Source: a bacterium (GTDB lineage: Bacteria > Electryoneota > Electryoneia > Electryoneales > Electryoneaceae). From it: DNA of 64,000 bases. Shown in pieces: positions 11,075 through 20,990 of this stretch (positions are counted from its first letter, which is position 1; every line of letters begins with the position of its first letter). The stretch spans positions 2,016,001 through 2,080,000 of the forward strand of contig OY769902.1 in NCBI GenBank assembly GCA_963669175.1, in the 5' to 3' direction. The notes below the pieces were generated by a model, which was not told the origin of the DNA, did no database searches, and saw only the letters and a list, made by a program, of their open reading frames with translations. Position numbers and translations under genes: made by a program.

Positions 11075-11956
11075 ATGCAAAGCGAATCCAAGTATCCGGT
11101 CTGGATAGATGTTGTTATGCCCGGCGGCGATCTCGCCCTGGAGCTGTTGAGCGAGCCCTTGTCGGGATTGTCCCCTGCGGGATTACGGACTGACGATGAC
11201 AAGCTGCATGTTTACTTCACGACCGAACAATGGTCGGATGAATACCTGCAACGTATCGAGTCCATTCGTAAACCGTTCCTCGCTGAGAAGCTGTTGCCGG
11301 AAGGGCAGGTGGAAGTACTGGAAGCGCCGTGGGAAGACTGGGTCGCACGCTGGCGGATGAAACTTGGGCCGATCCGTGCCGGAAATCATTTTGTGATTGT
11401 GCCGCCTATCATCGAATTTGAGCCTGCAGCGGATGACAAGGTGCTCTGGATTGAACCACGTATGGCATTCGGAACCGGGGAACATGCGACAACTCGCATG
11501 GCGCTGGCGTTGCTGGAAGAAATCGAGGCTCCGGCGAAACGGGTTCTGGATCTCGGCTGCGGCAATGGTGTGCTGGCGCTTGGCGCAATGTTGTTGGGCG
11601 CTGCGGAAACCGTGTGTCTTGATAATGAACAGGAAGCTGTGGATGAAACCCTTGAGAACCTGGCTAATCATGGGTTCAAAGACAAGATGACTGTTTTTCT
11701 GGGTGACGCCATACAGCCGGATGTGACAGGAGAGTTCGACCTGGTCTTTGCCAATATTCTCTATCTGCCTATCCTGAAAGGACTTGCGAGATGGACTGAA
11801 CTGGCGCCGGAGGGCGGGCAGTGTGTCCTGACCGGTATACAGGCTGGCGAGGAAGAGCTGGCGGTGCGTTCGAAAGCGAAAGAGCTGGGGTGGCGGGAAG
11901 TGTCAGCCCGTCATGAAGGGAATTGGTACGCGGGACGGTATATCAAGTCTGCCTGA
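11075..11956 (+). CDS. prmA: 50S ribosomal protein L11 methyltransferase
   Basis: EDW...W, IEPRMAFGTGEHATT, VLDLGCGNGVL, ANIL. Confidence 0.93.
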   Translation: MQSESKYPVWIDVVMPGGDLALELLSEPLSGLSPAGLRTDDDKLHVYFTTEQWSDEYLQRIESIRKPFLAEKLLPEGQVEVLEAPWEDWVARWRMKLGPIRAGNHFVIVPPIIEFEPAADDKVLWIEPRMAFGTGEHATTRMALALLEEIEAPAKRVLDLGCGNGVLALGAMLLGAAETVCLDNEQEAVDETLENLANHGFKDKMTVFLGDAIQPDVTGEFDLVFANILYLPILKGLARWTELAPEGGQCVLTGIQAGEEELAVRSKAKELGWREVSARHEGNWYAGRYIKSA

Positions 11957-12045
11957 AAATGTTGAACGGTGAACATTCGTAGTCATCGGTATAGTTTGGG
12001 AAGAATGCTTTTCTCGATTTGTTTCCGTCACAATTGAGATTGCCG

Positions 12046-12136
12046 GGAAAAGGGGACGGAATCCTTTTCCTTGCGCGTATATAAAACATCTTTACCAATA
12101 CAAGACTTCTGGAACAGGAAGCTGTCCCCTTTTTCC
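12046..12136. repeat. Two-box inverted-repeat element (GGAAAAGGGGAC...GTCCCCTTTTTCC)
   Basis: Ends match reverse complement of 46123-46206. Confidence 0.75.
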
Positions 12137-12579
12137 ATATCCTTTCTTCCAACCACACGGTGAATCTCTCGTTTTGTTATAAGATTTTGTTTTTTATGGA
12201 AATGACAATAGACAACGACAAACCCTGTCTAACAACTCCGAAGGAGTTGGATAAGTGAGCCCCGGGTACGTGCCATCAGTCTGGCTAATGTCCGTTTGGT
12301 CAGATTGGTAGAGTAGGATCGGGTTATATTCTACCTGAAAAGGGTTGTCATAATGTGTTCATTTCAGTAGCGATCATTCCCTTGGTTCAGGGCTTGAGAA
12401 ATCAGATGGAACCCTGCTATATTAAGAGACGTAAAACAAAAACGGGAAGCCGGAGTAACAACCGTCCACTGGAGAACTTACCTCTTTCGTCTTGCGCACA
12501 CGTTTGCACGTTCCTTTACTTCAGAACATCCAAATCAATACCGGGGTATTGTATGCCCTGGACCAACATTGAGGTATTT

Positions 12580-13893
12580 ATGCCACAGATCCGGGACAGA
12601 TTCCGGTACAACAGGCGCGGAACAGTACTCCTTTCCGGGAGGATGAGTATTATCCTTCTGGTAGCGCTGTCTGGCATGTTTTTCTTGACGGGATGTGATT
12701 CATCAGATGATACTGATTCGGTTCCGGATTCCGGCGATCTGGGTATCATGATGGAATCCCTGGAGTTCCCGGCATTGTGGGTATCCCAGTCAGAGACATT
12801 CCGTGCTGTCACCGCTGAGATCAGTTTGAGCCAGAGCTGGACGCAGGCTATTGAGAATGGAACGGAATCCTGGCCTGTAGTATACCTTCTGTTGGTGCCA
12901 GTCGATAACCAGGCCGCCTATTTTTCAGTGCAATTAAGTGATGATGGCGGTGGTAGTCCGTTGGATTCTGCGAGCACACCCGATTTTCAGACGACCTGGT
13001 CAGGCGACCTGATCCCGCATGACCTGCAATACAGCACGAACCTCAATTCCTTCTTTGCTGACCAGTCCGGGCAATACCTGGTAGGGGTTTACAGTCCTTC
13101 CCTGGGATATACGCCTGGTGGTGATTTGCCGGATGCCCTGTCCCTGGAGCCGGACTATTACCTGGTTGATACTGTGATGGTGACGAACAATGCCGCGCCT
13201 TTCATCTCCTCACTGACTTTACCGGACAGCTTGCCCAGTGGATTTGAAGAACAGACCTGGACAGTGGAAGTGGTTGATCCAGATGCTGATTTCGGTGACT
13301 GGGTGGAAAACGTATCCATGGATATGTATCATAATTACAACCTGGCCAGAACGCTCCAGTTTACCAAGGTTCAAACCGGGATATGGACTTTCAGTGTTGA
13401 TGCTTCCTTCGCAGCGGCCTATCCGACGGATGAGTATATTTTCATCGTAAATGCTTCAGATCGGTTTGGTAACGTGGCGGATAGCAACAGGACAGTCTGG
13501 ATGGAAAACCTGCCTGCAGTGACTTCGAATTTCACTACACCGGATACGGTTGTTGTGCCGTTGGAAGGGGCAAATCTTTATGTCATGACAGTAGAAGTGC
13601 ATGACCCGCAAACAGATCTGGATATTGAAAGTGTATATTACGAAGTAATGCGTCCAGGTGAATCAGTCTGGCTTGGTGATGAATCCTTTACATTCAATGA
13701 TTCAGGGCCGGATAATGAAGACAGCCAGGATGAAGTTGCCGGCGATCATATTTGGACAGCAGGAATAATCACCGTGTCAACAAACAACAACTTCGGCACA
13801 TTCCATTTTCGTGTAATCGCACGTGATAGAGCAGGGAATGAAAGCGAACCCATCGTACGAGATATCGTCATGGTACAGGAGGAAGGGCTGTGA
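12580..13893 (+). CDS. Hypothetical acidic lipoprotein with Ig-like/beta-rich repeats
   Basis: gagg RBS before ATG 12580, lipobox FLTGC, DDG..D..GD..Y/W-type motifs, ARDRAGNES. Confidence 0.8.
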   Translation: MPQIRDRFRYNRRGTVLLSGRMSIILLVALSGMFFLTGCDSSDDTDSVPDSGDLGIMMESLEFPALWVSQSETFRAVTAEISLSQSWTQAIENGTESWPVVYLLLVPVDNQAAYFSVQLSDDGGGSPLDSASTPDFQTTWSGDLIPHDLQYSTNLNSFFADQSGQYLVGVYSPSLGYTPGGDLPDALSLEPDYYLVDTVMVTNNAAPFISSLTLPDSLPSGFEEQTWTVEVVDPDADFGDWVENVSMDMYHNYNLARTLQFTKVQTGIWTFSVDASFAAAYPTDEYIFIVNASDRFGNVADSNRTVWMENLPAVTSNFTTPDTVVVPLEGANLYVMTVEVHDPQTDLDIESVYYEVMRPGESVWLGDESFTFNDSGPDNEDSQDEVAGDHIWTAGIITVSTNNNFGTFHFRVIARDRAGNESEPIVRDIVMVQEEGL

Positions 13894-15443
13894 GAACTAG
13901 ACACGTGATAGGTATCCTGTTTGTTCTGATGGCCTGTCCACTGGTACTTCAAGCCGGTGGGCCGGAACTATACCCCGGACCGTTCACATGCAGTACCGAG
14001 CTGATTCCGGCGCCGAAACTTTTATCCTCTGATGGCGACAGCAGGTTGCTTTCCAATTCCATCATAGACCTGGAACTGACCGATCAATATCTCTGGGCTG
14101 CTACCGGAAATGGCCTGGCCAGGATGAGTCATGTCGGCACCGGGATCTTGAATTCAACTCCTGCGAATGGTTTTGGCAGTGGCGGTGTCAGTGGATTGGC
14201 GCCCTGCGTTACCAGTTGGGGGGCAGAGGTAATCTGGGCAGCCACAGCGATTGACACAACCATCAGCGGCACAGACTATGCCGCAGGAGGTGGCGTGGGG
14301 TACTCGCTGGATAATGGCGAAACCTGGGTATGGATGTCGCAGCCGGTTGATCCAGTTGACGCGGAAGGGATGAGCCCCACAACGGTCAGTGTACAGAATG
14401 TCACTTATGATATTGCAGTATTGAATGACCGAGTCTGGATCGCGAGCTGGGCTGGTGGCCTTCGTTATTTCGATATGACGCCGGAACGATTGGAAGCCGG
14501 ACGTGACAGTGTTGAATGGGTCAATCGTCCTCCGGATGATGAGGAGTTTGATGTTCTGAACAACCTGAATCACCGTGCGTTCTCCATTGCGGTTATGGAT
14601 ACCATGCTGTGGGTGGGGACTGCTGCGGGGATTAACCTGTCTCGTGATAATGGGGAAACCTGGCAACGGTTCAGCCATTCGGGTACGTATGACGGCACGA
14701 TTACCGGGAATTTTGTCACCGCGATGGGGGTGCAGGAACATTCCAACGGTCAATTCGCGCTATGGGCCGCAACCTGGGTGGCAGAAGGAAGCAGCCAGTA
14801 TTACGGTGTTTCCATGACAAACGATTACGGATCAACCTGGCGCAGGGTCATGGGGTCGATTGAAAACCCTGTGCGCGCTCACAACTTTGCCTTTTCCGAT
14901 ACCATCGCTTACGTGGCAACAGATGACGGCTTGTTCAAAAGCGTGGATGCAGGTGAAAACTGGGGGCAATTCCCCCAGATTCACGATGCCGCATCAGGTG
15001 AAACTATTTACGAGCCGGAAATATACAGTGCAGCTACCAATGCTGCCGCTCCCGAACGGTTGTATGCCGGTGGGCCGGGTGGTCTGGCTATCAGCCCGGA
15101 CAGGGGAAATCGCTGGTTGATTCTGAGGAGCTTCCCTTTGCCGGGACGAAACGGTCAGCCGAACAGTTATGCTTACCCGAACCCGTTTTCGCCAAGTCGT
15201 TTTGATGTTGTCCGTATCCAGTACCATCTCCAGAATAATGGGAGTGTCACCTTGGAGATTTATGATTTCGCCATGGAATTACTGATTCGCCTGGTCGATG
15301 ATGAATGGCGGTCAGCAGGTGAACGGTGTGAAATCTGGAATGGTTACGGTCCCAATGGCGCTGAGATCGCCAACGGTGTTTATTTCTACAGGCTCGAGGT
15401 TGCCGGTAAGGAATCCTGGGGCAAAATCATGATACTGGATTGA
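13890..15443 (+). CDS. Secreted BNR/Asp-box beta-propeller protein with C-terminal FlgD-Ig/T9SS-like domain
   Basis: Signal peptide, SxDxGxTW repeats (SLDNGETW, SRDNGETW, SVDAGENW), YAYPNPFSP...NGVYFY. Confidence 0.88.
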   Translation: MRTRHVIGILFVLMACPLVLQAGGPELYPGPFTCSTELIPAPKLLSSDGDSRLLSNSIIDLELTDQYLWAATGNGLARMSHVGTGILNSTPANGFGSGGVSGLAPCVTSWGAEVIWAATAIDTTISGTDYAAGGGVGYSLDNGETWVWMSQPVDPVDAEGMSPTTVSVQNVTYDIAVLNDRVWIASWAGGLRYFDMTPERLEAGRDSVEWVNRPPDDEEFDVLNNLNHRAFSIAVMDTMLWVGTAAGINLSRDNGETWQRFSHSGTYDGTITGNFVTAMGVQEHSNGQFALWAATWVAEGSSQYYGVSMTNDYGSTWRRVMGSIENPVRAHNFAFSDTIAYVATDDGLFKSVDAGENWGQFPQIHDAASGETIYEPEIYSAATNAAAPERLYAGGPGGLAISPDRGNRWLILRSFPLPGRNGQPNSYAYPNPFSPSRFDVVRIQYHLQNNGSVTLEIYDFAMELLIRLVDDEWRSAGERCEIWNGYGPNGAEIANGVYFYRLEVAGKESWGKIMILD

Positions 15444-15454
15444 GGAGGGTGACG

Positions 15455-16924
15455 ATGACTACTTCGACACGAACGACCCTCCTTTCCGGAGGAGCTTCGA
15501 AAGCAAAGCAGATCACTTTGACGAAGGCGAACCTGATGAACCGGGTGACTGTACTTTTCTTGTTTGCCGCAACAGTGCTGATGTTAAGCCTGTTGACTGC
15601 AACGGGCGCACATGCTGAAGGTTATGCTGGTCAGGCAGGCGCATTCCTGCGTATGGGAGCCGGTGCCGCGTCGGTGGGTGGTGGTGATGCCGGGGTGGCA
15701 AGAGCGACCGGGCTGGAACAGGCTTATTACAATCCAGCAGGCCTGCCATATTCGCCCTCAAATGAAGTGCATGCCGGATACCACATCCTGTCGCTGGACC
15801 GTCAGTTGTATCACGTGGGCTTCATGTACCAGGTGCCACGGTTGACCTTCTGGAGTGATCCGATTGTTCCTTACGAGATCGTGCCTGCTGATGAAGAACA
15901 TACCTATCCACGATTGCTGAAACCGGGGTCCAGCCTGCGTCGCCGTGCAAGAGCCTTCAAGCCGGATGATTACCTGGAAGCCCTCGAAACGACAATTCTG
16001 CAAGTTGCGGAGACCGGCACACCCGCCGAGTATATCCTGCTGGTTATCAAGGATACGCCCTATTCGGCTCCGGAACTGGAAGAGCTGATTGTCGAGATGG
16101 CAAAGGAAGTTGCTGACAAGGGCATCACCACGACAACAGGTGTAAAAGACCTGCTCCGCCAGAAATATACGACAGAGCGATTGAAACCCGCCGCTGTAGC
16201 GTTAACCTGGACCCATGCCGGGGTGACAGATATTGAGGGCCGTGGTTTTGATGGTCGCGAGTACGGCACCCTGAGTTTTCATGAGAACCGGTTCGCGCTT
16301 TCATTCGGCTTGAAACTTCATCCGAAAGTCTCTATCGGCACCACTGTCGGCATCCTGTATGCCCTGATCCCCGATATGCTGGAAGAAGAATCCAAAGCGC
16401 TCACCTCAACCAATACCGGCGTTGATATCGGAATCCAGGTGCGGCCTTTTAACGGGAATGAAGTGCCTTACAGGCTGGAAACTCTGACGTTTGGCCTTGC
16501 GGCGTATGATCTCGGCGGGAAATACACCTGGAACACCACAGGCTACTGGAGCCAGGGAACAACCAAGGATGATAAATTCCCCAAGCGCTATCGTGCGGGA
16601 ATGAACTACCAGCCGGTGCAGGGGTTGGCGGTGTATGTTGACCTGGAAACGGATCTTGATGACTTGTTACGCGCCAAGGGTGGCTTCGAGTACGCCCTGT
16701 TCGGTTCTGTGCCGGAAGGTGGCAGCAGCATGATGAGTTACGGTTCAGTTCGTCCGCATGGCTTTGTCCTGCGTGCCGGCGTGGATCGTGACCGTCCGAC
16801 ATTCGGGTTCGGACTCGATGTGAAACTGAAGAGCCTTGGTGTGACACGGATTGACTATGCGTATGTCGTTGAGCCGGTCAGCCCGGACCCGACACAGGTG
16901 ATCTCATGGCGGTTCAGGTTTTAG
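15455..16924 (+). CDS. PorV/PorQ-like outer-membrane beta-barrel protein
   Basis: AGAFLRMGAGA..., YYNPAGL, SLDR, IDYAY, terminal aromatic residue (WRFRF); gaggagg RBS. Confidence 0.8.
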   Translation: MTTSTRTTLLSGGASKAKQITLTKANLMNRVTVLFLFAATVLMLSLLTATGAHAEGYAGQAGAFLRMGAGAASVGGGDAGVARATGLEQAYYNPAGLPYSPSNEVHAGYHILSLDRQLYHVGFMYQVPRLTFWSDPIVPYEIVPADEEHTYPRLLKPGSSLRRRARAFKPDDYLEALETTILQVAETGTPAEYILLVIKDTPYSAPELEELIVEMAKEVADKGITTTTGVKDLLRQKYTTERLKPAAVALTWTHAGVTDIEGRGFDGREYGTLSFHENRFALSFGLKLHPKVSIGTTVGILYALIPDMLEEESKALTSTNTGVDIGIQVRPFNGNEVPYRLETLTFGLAAYDLGGKYTWNTTGYWSQGTTKDDKFPKRYRAGMNYQPVQGLAVYVDLETDLDDLLRAKGGFEYALFGSVPEGGSSMMSYGSVRPHGFVLRAGVDRDRPTFGFGLDVKLKSLGVTRIDYAYVVEPVSPDPTQVISWRFRF

Positions 16925-17046
16925 TGGATCGATCTATTAGCCTGCGTTTCAGTCCATAAAATAAGTTGCTGTCAGCTTGACTCAACCCGGTTTTTCGCTC
17001 ACATTGACAGCGAAAACAACATTCACCCATTACCGGGGATTTTGCC

Positions 17047-17820
17047 ATGAAGAGCATCTGGATTACAGCGTTTCAGCGTGATACTCATAAGGTTGACCTG
17101 ATCCTTTCACTGGCCCGTCATTATGGGCTTGATGGGAACGGTCACTTCTGGACAGATGATCTGAAGCAGATGGCCTGGCAGGCTCCGGCCGAGAAGCTGG
17201 TTGATCGTGATGTCGGACTTTGGGCGCTCCTGGCATCGCCGGAAGATCTGAAAGACCAATCGGTACGGTACGGTATTTCCTTGCTGGCCTTGACGGTACA
17301 GGCTGTCAAGGGTGTAGGATTCCCGATTTTTATCATCAATACGCAGCCGGATAAGTCCTTCACCAACCTGCCGACTCCTTTGGCAGGCGCTTCCGTTTAT
17401 TCAATCGAAGAAGAGACGCTGGGCGCGAAGTTCGCCGCGAAGGCTAACATGCCGGTTCCCAAGCGTGCCATGGACTATCGTATCGATGTCCACGCCAATC
17501 CCGGCTTCGGTGTCTGGTTTGAGCTGGGATCGATTGCAGGCGGAGAGTGGCAGGGCGCTTTGTGTGGAGTTACTGGGGGTGAGATTTCGGCGCATGGTGT
17601 CGGGCCTGCGGGTGAATTGCCCAAGACGACTGTGCTGGAATACCAGATGAAGGGACTCAAGCTCGAAGTCGGTGATGCGGAATACACCGCCTGGGCGGTC
17701 AAGAATCACCTCCCGGCTGACCAATCCTATTTTGTGCAGGTGCAGGACGTTCCGGATGGGCTGGTGTTCGGTTCACTGAGCGAGGATGACGAGCTGGATG
17801 CGCATGTTTTAAGATTCTAA
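17047..17820 (+). CDS. Hypothetical protein
   Basis: 257-aa ORF with host-like codon usage; no family recognised. Confidence 0.8.
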   Translation: MKSIWITAFQRDTHKVDLILSLARHYGLDGNGHFWTDDLKQMAWQAPAEKLVDRDVGLWALLASPEDLKDQSVRYGISLLALTVQAVKGVGFPIFIINTQPDKSFTNLPTPLAGASVYSIEEETLGAKFAAKANMPVPKRAMDYRIDVHANPGFGVWFELGSIAGGEWQGALCGVTGGEISAHGVGPAGELPKTTVLEYQMKGLKLEVGDAEYTAWAVKNHLPADQSYFVQVQDVPDGLVFGSLSEDDELDAHVLRF

Positions 17821-17868
17821 GGTTTCAGGCTTTAAAGAGATTTCAGACAAGAAGTGATTTCGCCATAA

Positions 17869-18229
17869 ACAGGGACAGGCCATTTGGTCTGTCCCTGTTG
17901 TACTTTCCAGGCTCTCCCACAACCCGACTTGCTCATCACCCGCATCCCAGGACGACGCCTCACAAAAGTTGACAGTATTTCAAGAGTATCATGCTACATA
18001 TCCGGCAAATCGGGCCACCCGCCCCAATCCAGGTCTCGCTTTGGTAATTGTTATAGTCCCTACTTTGCCCATCTGACTTCAATATGTCAGGAAGCCAGGT
18101 TTCCACATCAGGTACAGCAACAACATCGACTTCATCAAAGGGCAAAATCGGGCCACCCGCCGCTGGGGATAACAGCATGGGAAAGAGTTACTATAAAAAC
18201 AGGGGCAGTCCGTTTGGCCTGTCCCTGAT
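17869..18229. repeat. Composite repeat cassette: two ACAGGGRCAG...CTGTCCCTG hairpins enclosing two tandem ~105-bp long-loop elements
   Basis: Hairpins at 17869-17899 and 18199-18229; elements at 17918-18020 and 18051-18158, both ending cgggccaccc. Confidence 0.8.
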
Positions 18230-18275
18230 GTATTTCAGGTGTTTTTTCGACTATATGCCGAGTATAAGGACCGGA

Positions 18276-18590
18276 TCAGTCTTCGGTTTGGAATCCGAAC
18301 GTCTTGTCCTGATTCAGTTTGCCCTGCATCTGGATCTCGCCGAACTGTTCTTCGAACTTCTTGATATTTTTCTCCAACGCTGAAAACAGGTTCTTGGCGT
18401 GGATCGGGCTCAAAATGGCGCGAGTCTGTACTTTTGCTTTGGGTGAACCCGGTACGATTCGTGCGAAATCAAGAATGAATTCCGCCGGGGAATGATTGAT
18501 CAACACCAGGTTGGCATAGTGACCATCGGCTACTTCCGGATCAAGCTGAATCTGGATTTGCTGTCTCATCTGCGGTTGTTTTTCTGGCAT
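18276..18590 (-). CDS. DUF3467 family protein
   Basis: G.YANLVLINHSPAEFILDF...RAILSPIHAK pattern. Confidence 0.88.
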   Translation of the reverse strand: MPEKQPQMRQQIQIQLDPEVADGHYANLVLINHSPAEFILDFARIVPGSPKAKVQTRAILSPIHAKNLFSALEKNIKKFEEQFGEIQMQGKLNQDKTFGFQTED

Positions 18591-18647
18591 GATGTCTCCT
18601 CTATCCGTAAAGTTCTATGTATGTCACCAATGTCTGCCGATACAGAC

Positions 18648-19853
18648 TCACTTTGCATCCAGAGATTTCAACAATAGTTCTGTCTTATCGACAACAGGTT
18701 TCAGTTGATCATGCAGTTGTTTCCAATCCATGATCAGGCGCGACTTGATCATCGCAAGGTGGCGCCTGGCTTCCGCCGTTCGTTGTTGAACCATTAAAAC
18801 CATCACCAGTTCCAGGTAGGCCGCAGCGGACTCATCAAGCCGGAGTGAATACTTCAAGGCATGCTCCGCTTCCGTGTAGGCTTCCAGCTTATTCAGAATA
18901 ACGCCACGATAGTACCAGAGTTCCGCTTTATCGGGGTGGTTGAAGATGGCAAGCCGGGTCAGGTGATTCAGTGAATTCAAGTCGCGTGATTGTAAAAGTT
19001 GGTCAAACTGTTGGGCAAAGTCCTTGGAACTGTTGAATGGAAACGCTGGTGTGCGATGCTCGACAATTGTATCTGACGATAGACGTTTCTTCAGAGCGCC
19101 CAGGTATTTGTGTGCACATGTATCCTCGATGGTAGCGTTTCTATCCAGTCGTTCGAAACGGTCCAGCTTGTACTGTATGTCGGTCCGGTCGGCACGTCCA
19201 CGTACCATCTTAACGTCGAAATCCTCACGAGACCGGTTGAAATAGTGGTTCACAACAACCTTTTCGCCGGAAAAGCCGCTATAGGGACCGTAGGAAGGTT
19301 CATACTTTTCATTGACACAATCGAAACCGGGATAATACTGGAACGCATGAGGATACGTACATTTCATGACATACTGGGGATGTACAATGCTTTTGATGTG
19401 ATGGTTCAGGTAATAATGCAGGGGAGTCCGGGTGGTATAAGCCTCGATATGCGGAACTGTCGGGCGAGCCACATGCCCATTTGAACCATACATGGACCAG
19501 TTCATTGCCAGTCCGCCGAAATTCTCGTAGTCGATCAGCAGGGAAGGGATATCCTGTGTTTGCAACGGTACGATAAACTCGTCCAGGTCGATAAAGCCAA
19601 TCCAGCGGCAGGTCTTCCGATTGGTATTGATGCAGTCGTCATAGGCATCCATCTGCCGTTCAATACCCTGGATTTCATGGACAGTTACAATTCCGGCTTC
19701 AATGTAGTGACGAAGGGTTTCCTTGATGGGAATCGCGCTTTCATTGTCATAAATGAAGAAATGCTCCACTCCTGCCAGACGGTGATATTCAACCCATTCA
19801 CGTAAGTACTGATTCTCATCCTTCGCGATTGCGCACAAGGCCAGGTAGAACAT
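18648..19853 (-). CDS. Glycosyltransferase family 92/2-like protein with C-terminal TPR
   Basis: CAIAKDE..YLREWVEYH, FFIYDNES, FIDLDEF (DxD), KSIVHP, NHYF; AELWYYRG TPR; gggagg RBS. Confidence 0.85.
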   Translation of the reverse strand: MFYLALCAIAKDENQYLREWVEYHRLAGVEHFFIYDNESAIPIKETLRHYIEAGIVTVHEIQGIERQMDAYDDCINTNRKTCRWIGFIDLDEFIVPLQTQDIPSLLIDYENFGGLAMNWSMYGSNGHVARPTVPHIEAYTTRTPLHYYLNHHIKSIVHPQYVMKCTYPHAFQYYPGFDCVNEKYEPSYGPYSGFSGEKVVVNHYFNRSREDFDVKMVRGRADRTDIQYKLDRFERLDRNATIEDTCAHKYLGALKKRLSSDTIVEHRTPAFPFNSSKDFAQQFDQLLQSRDLNSLNHLTRLAIFNHPDKAELWYYRGVILNKLEAYTEAEHALKYSLRLDESAAAYLELVMVLMVQQRTAEARRHLAMIKSRLIMDWKQLHDQLKPVVDKTELLLKSLDAK

Positions 19854-19869
19854 GCTGTTCCCTCCCCAT

Positions 19870-20922
19870 TCAGGGCATTTGTGGCGGTTTGAGCTGTTTT
19901 GCCGCCAGTTGCCCACAAGCAGCAGCGACATCACGTCCACGGCTGGTTCGAAGAATTACAGTGCGTCCCAGACGGATCAGTTCGGACGCTAATGCTTCCA
20001 TTTTTTCTTCACGCGGTCGTTTCCACCCCGCATAGGTTTCGTTATAACGTAGCAGGTTAATCTTTACGGGCAGATTCCCAATCCATCGATGAAGCGCCCT
20101 GGCATCATCCAGGGAGTCATTCAATCCCTCGGCAACCAACAGGGCAATGGTGATGCGGTTTCGAGTCTGTGCTGCATATTCGGTCAATGCAGCATGGTTC
20201 TCCGCAAGACAGAATTTTCCGGCAATCGGAAGCAATTCACGTCGCTTGTTGTCGTGCGGTGACCCAATCGAAAATACCAGCTTGGGCGGGTATTCCTCCT
20301 GTGCCAGTTTTCGAATCTGGGCCGGTAGACCTACCGTGGAGATGGTGACTTTACGGTGTGACAGGCCGATACCGTCCGGATCGGTCAGGATACGCCATGC
20401 TTGCATGACATTGTTCACATTGGCAAGCGGCTCGCCCATGCCCATGAAGACAATATTCCCGATACGTTCTTCGGTCTGCTGCTGGGATACGATATAGCTG
20501 GCGATGATTTCCGTGGCGGTCAGGTTTCGTGAAAACCCAAGCCTGCCTGTTTCGCAAAAGGCACATTGATAGGCACAACCGACCTGGCTGGAGACGCATA
20601 ATGTGCTGCGATCCTCGGTAGGGATGTAGACTGTCTCGATACGAGCGCCGTCTGGATATTCGAACAGAAACTTGGTCGCCGAGTCTTTGTCCTCGCCATG
20701 CACCTTTTCCACCAAACGAGGAATGGTAATGACAAAATGTTCTTTCAACTGTTGCCGCAAATCTTTGGCAAGGTCGGTCATCTCGTCGAAATTTGTAACA
20801 AGTCGCCGGTACATCCAGGCATGAATCTGACGGCCATGGAATGGCTTCTTCCCAAGTGAAACCATGAGCTGTTCCAGCTCCTGGCGGGAAAGAGAAAGCA
20901 GGTTTACGGGTTGAGTAGACAT
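19870..20922 (-). CDS. rlmN: 23S rRNA m2A2503/tRNA m2A37 radical-SAM methyltransferase
   Basis: CVSSQVGCAYQCAFCETG, VFMGMGEP, AACGQL. Confidence 0.97.
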   Translation of the reverse strand: MSTQPVNLLSLSRQELEQLMVSLGKKPFHGRQIHAWMYRRLVTNFDEMTDLAKDLRQQLKEHFVITIPRLVEKVHGEDKDSATKFLFEYPDGARIETVYIPTEDRSTLCVSSQVGCAYQCAFCETGRLGFSRNLTATEIIASYIVSQQQTEERIGNIVFMGMGEPLANVNNVMQAWRILTDPDGIGLSHRKVTISTVGLPAQIRKLAQEEYPPKLVFSIGSPHDNKRRELLPIAGKFCLAENHAALTEYAAQTRNRITIALLVAEGLNDSLDDARALHRWIGNLPVKINLLRYNETYAGWKRPREEKMEALASELIRLGRTVILRTSRGRDVAAACGQLAAKQLKPPQMP

Positions 20923-20990
20923 GGAGAGAAGCTACGTGTTCCTGATACAATGAGCAATACTGATTTATTGGATCTGTCCACAGGGTGGTA

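Noticed and set aside
12233-12249. caactccgaaggagttg mini-hairpin as a separate element
   Set aside because: Single short occurrence in the window; too little to call.
17960-18178. 72-aa ORF, and the similar-starting ORF at 5734
   Set aside because: Both run through the ~105-bp hairpin elements; no RBS or family evidence.
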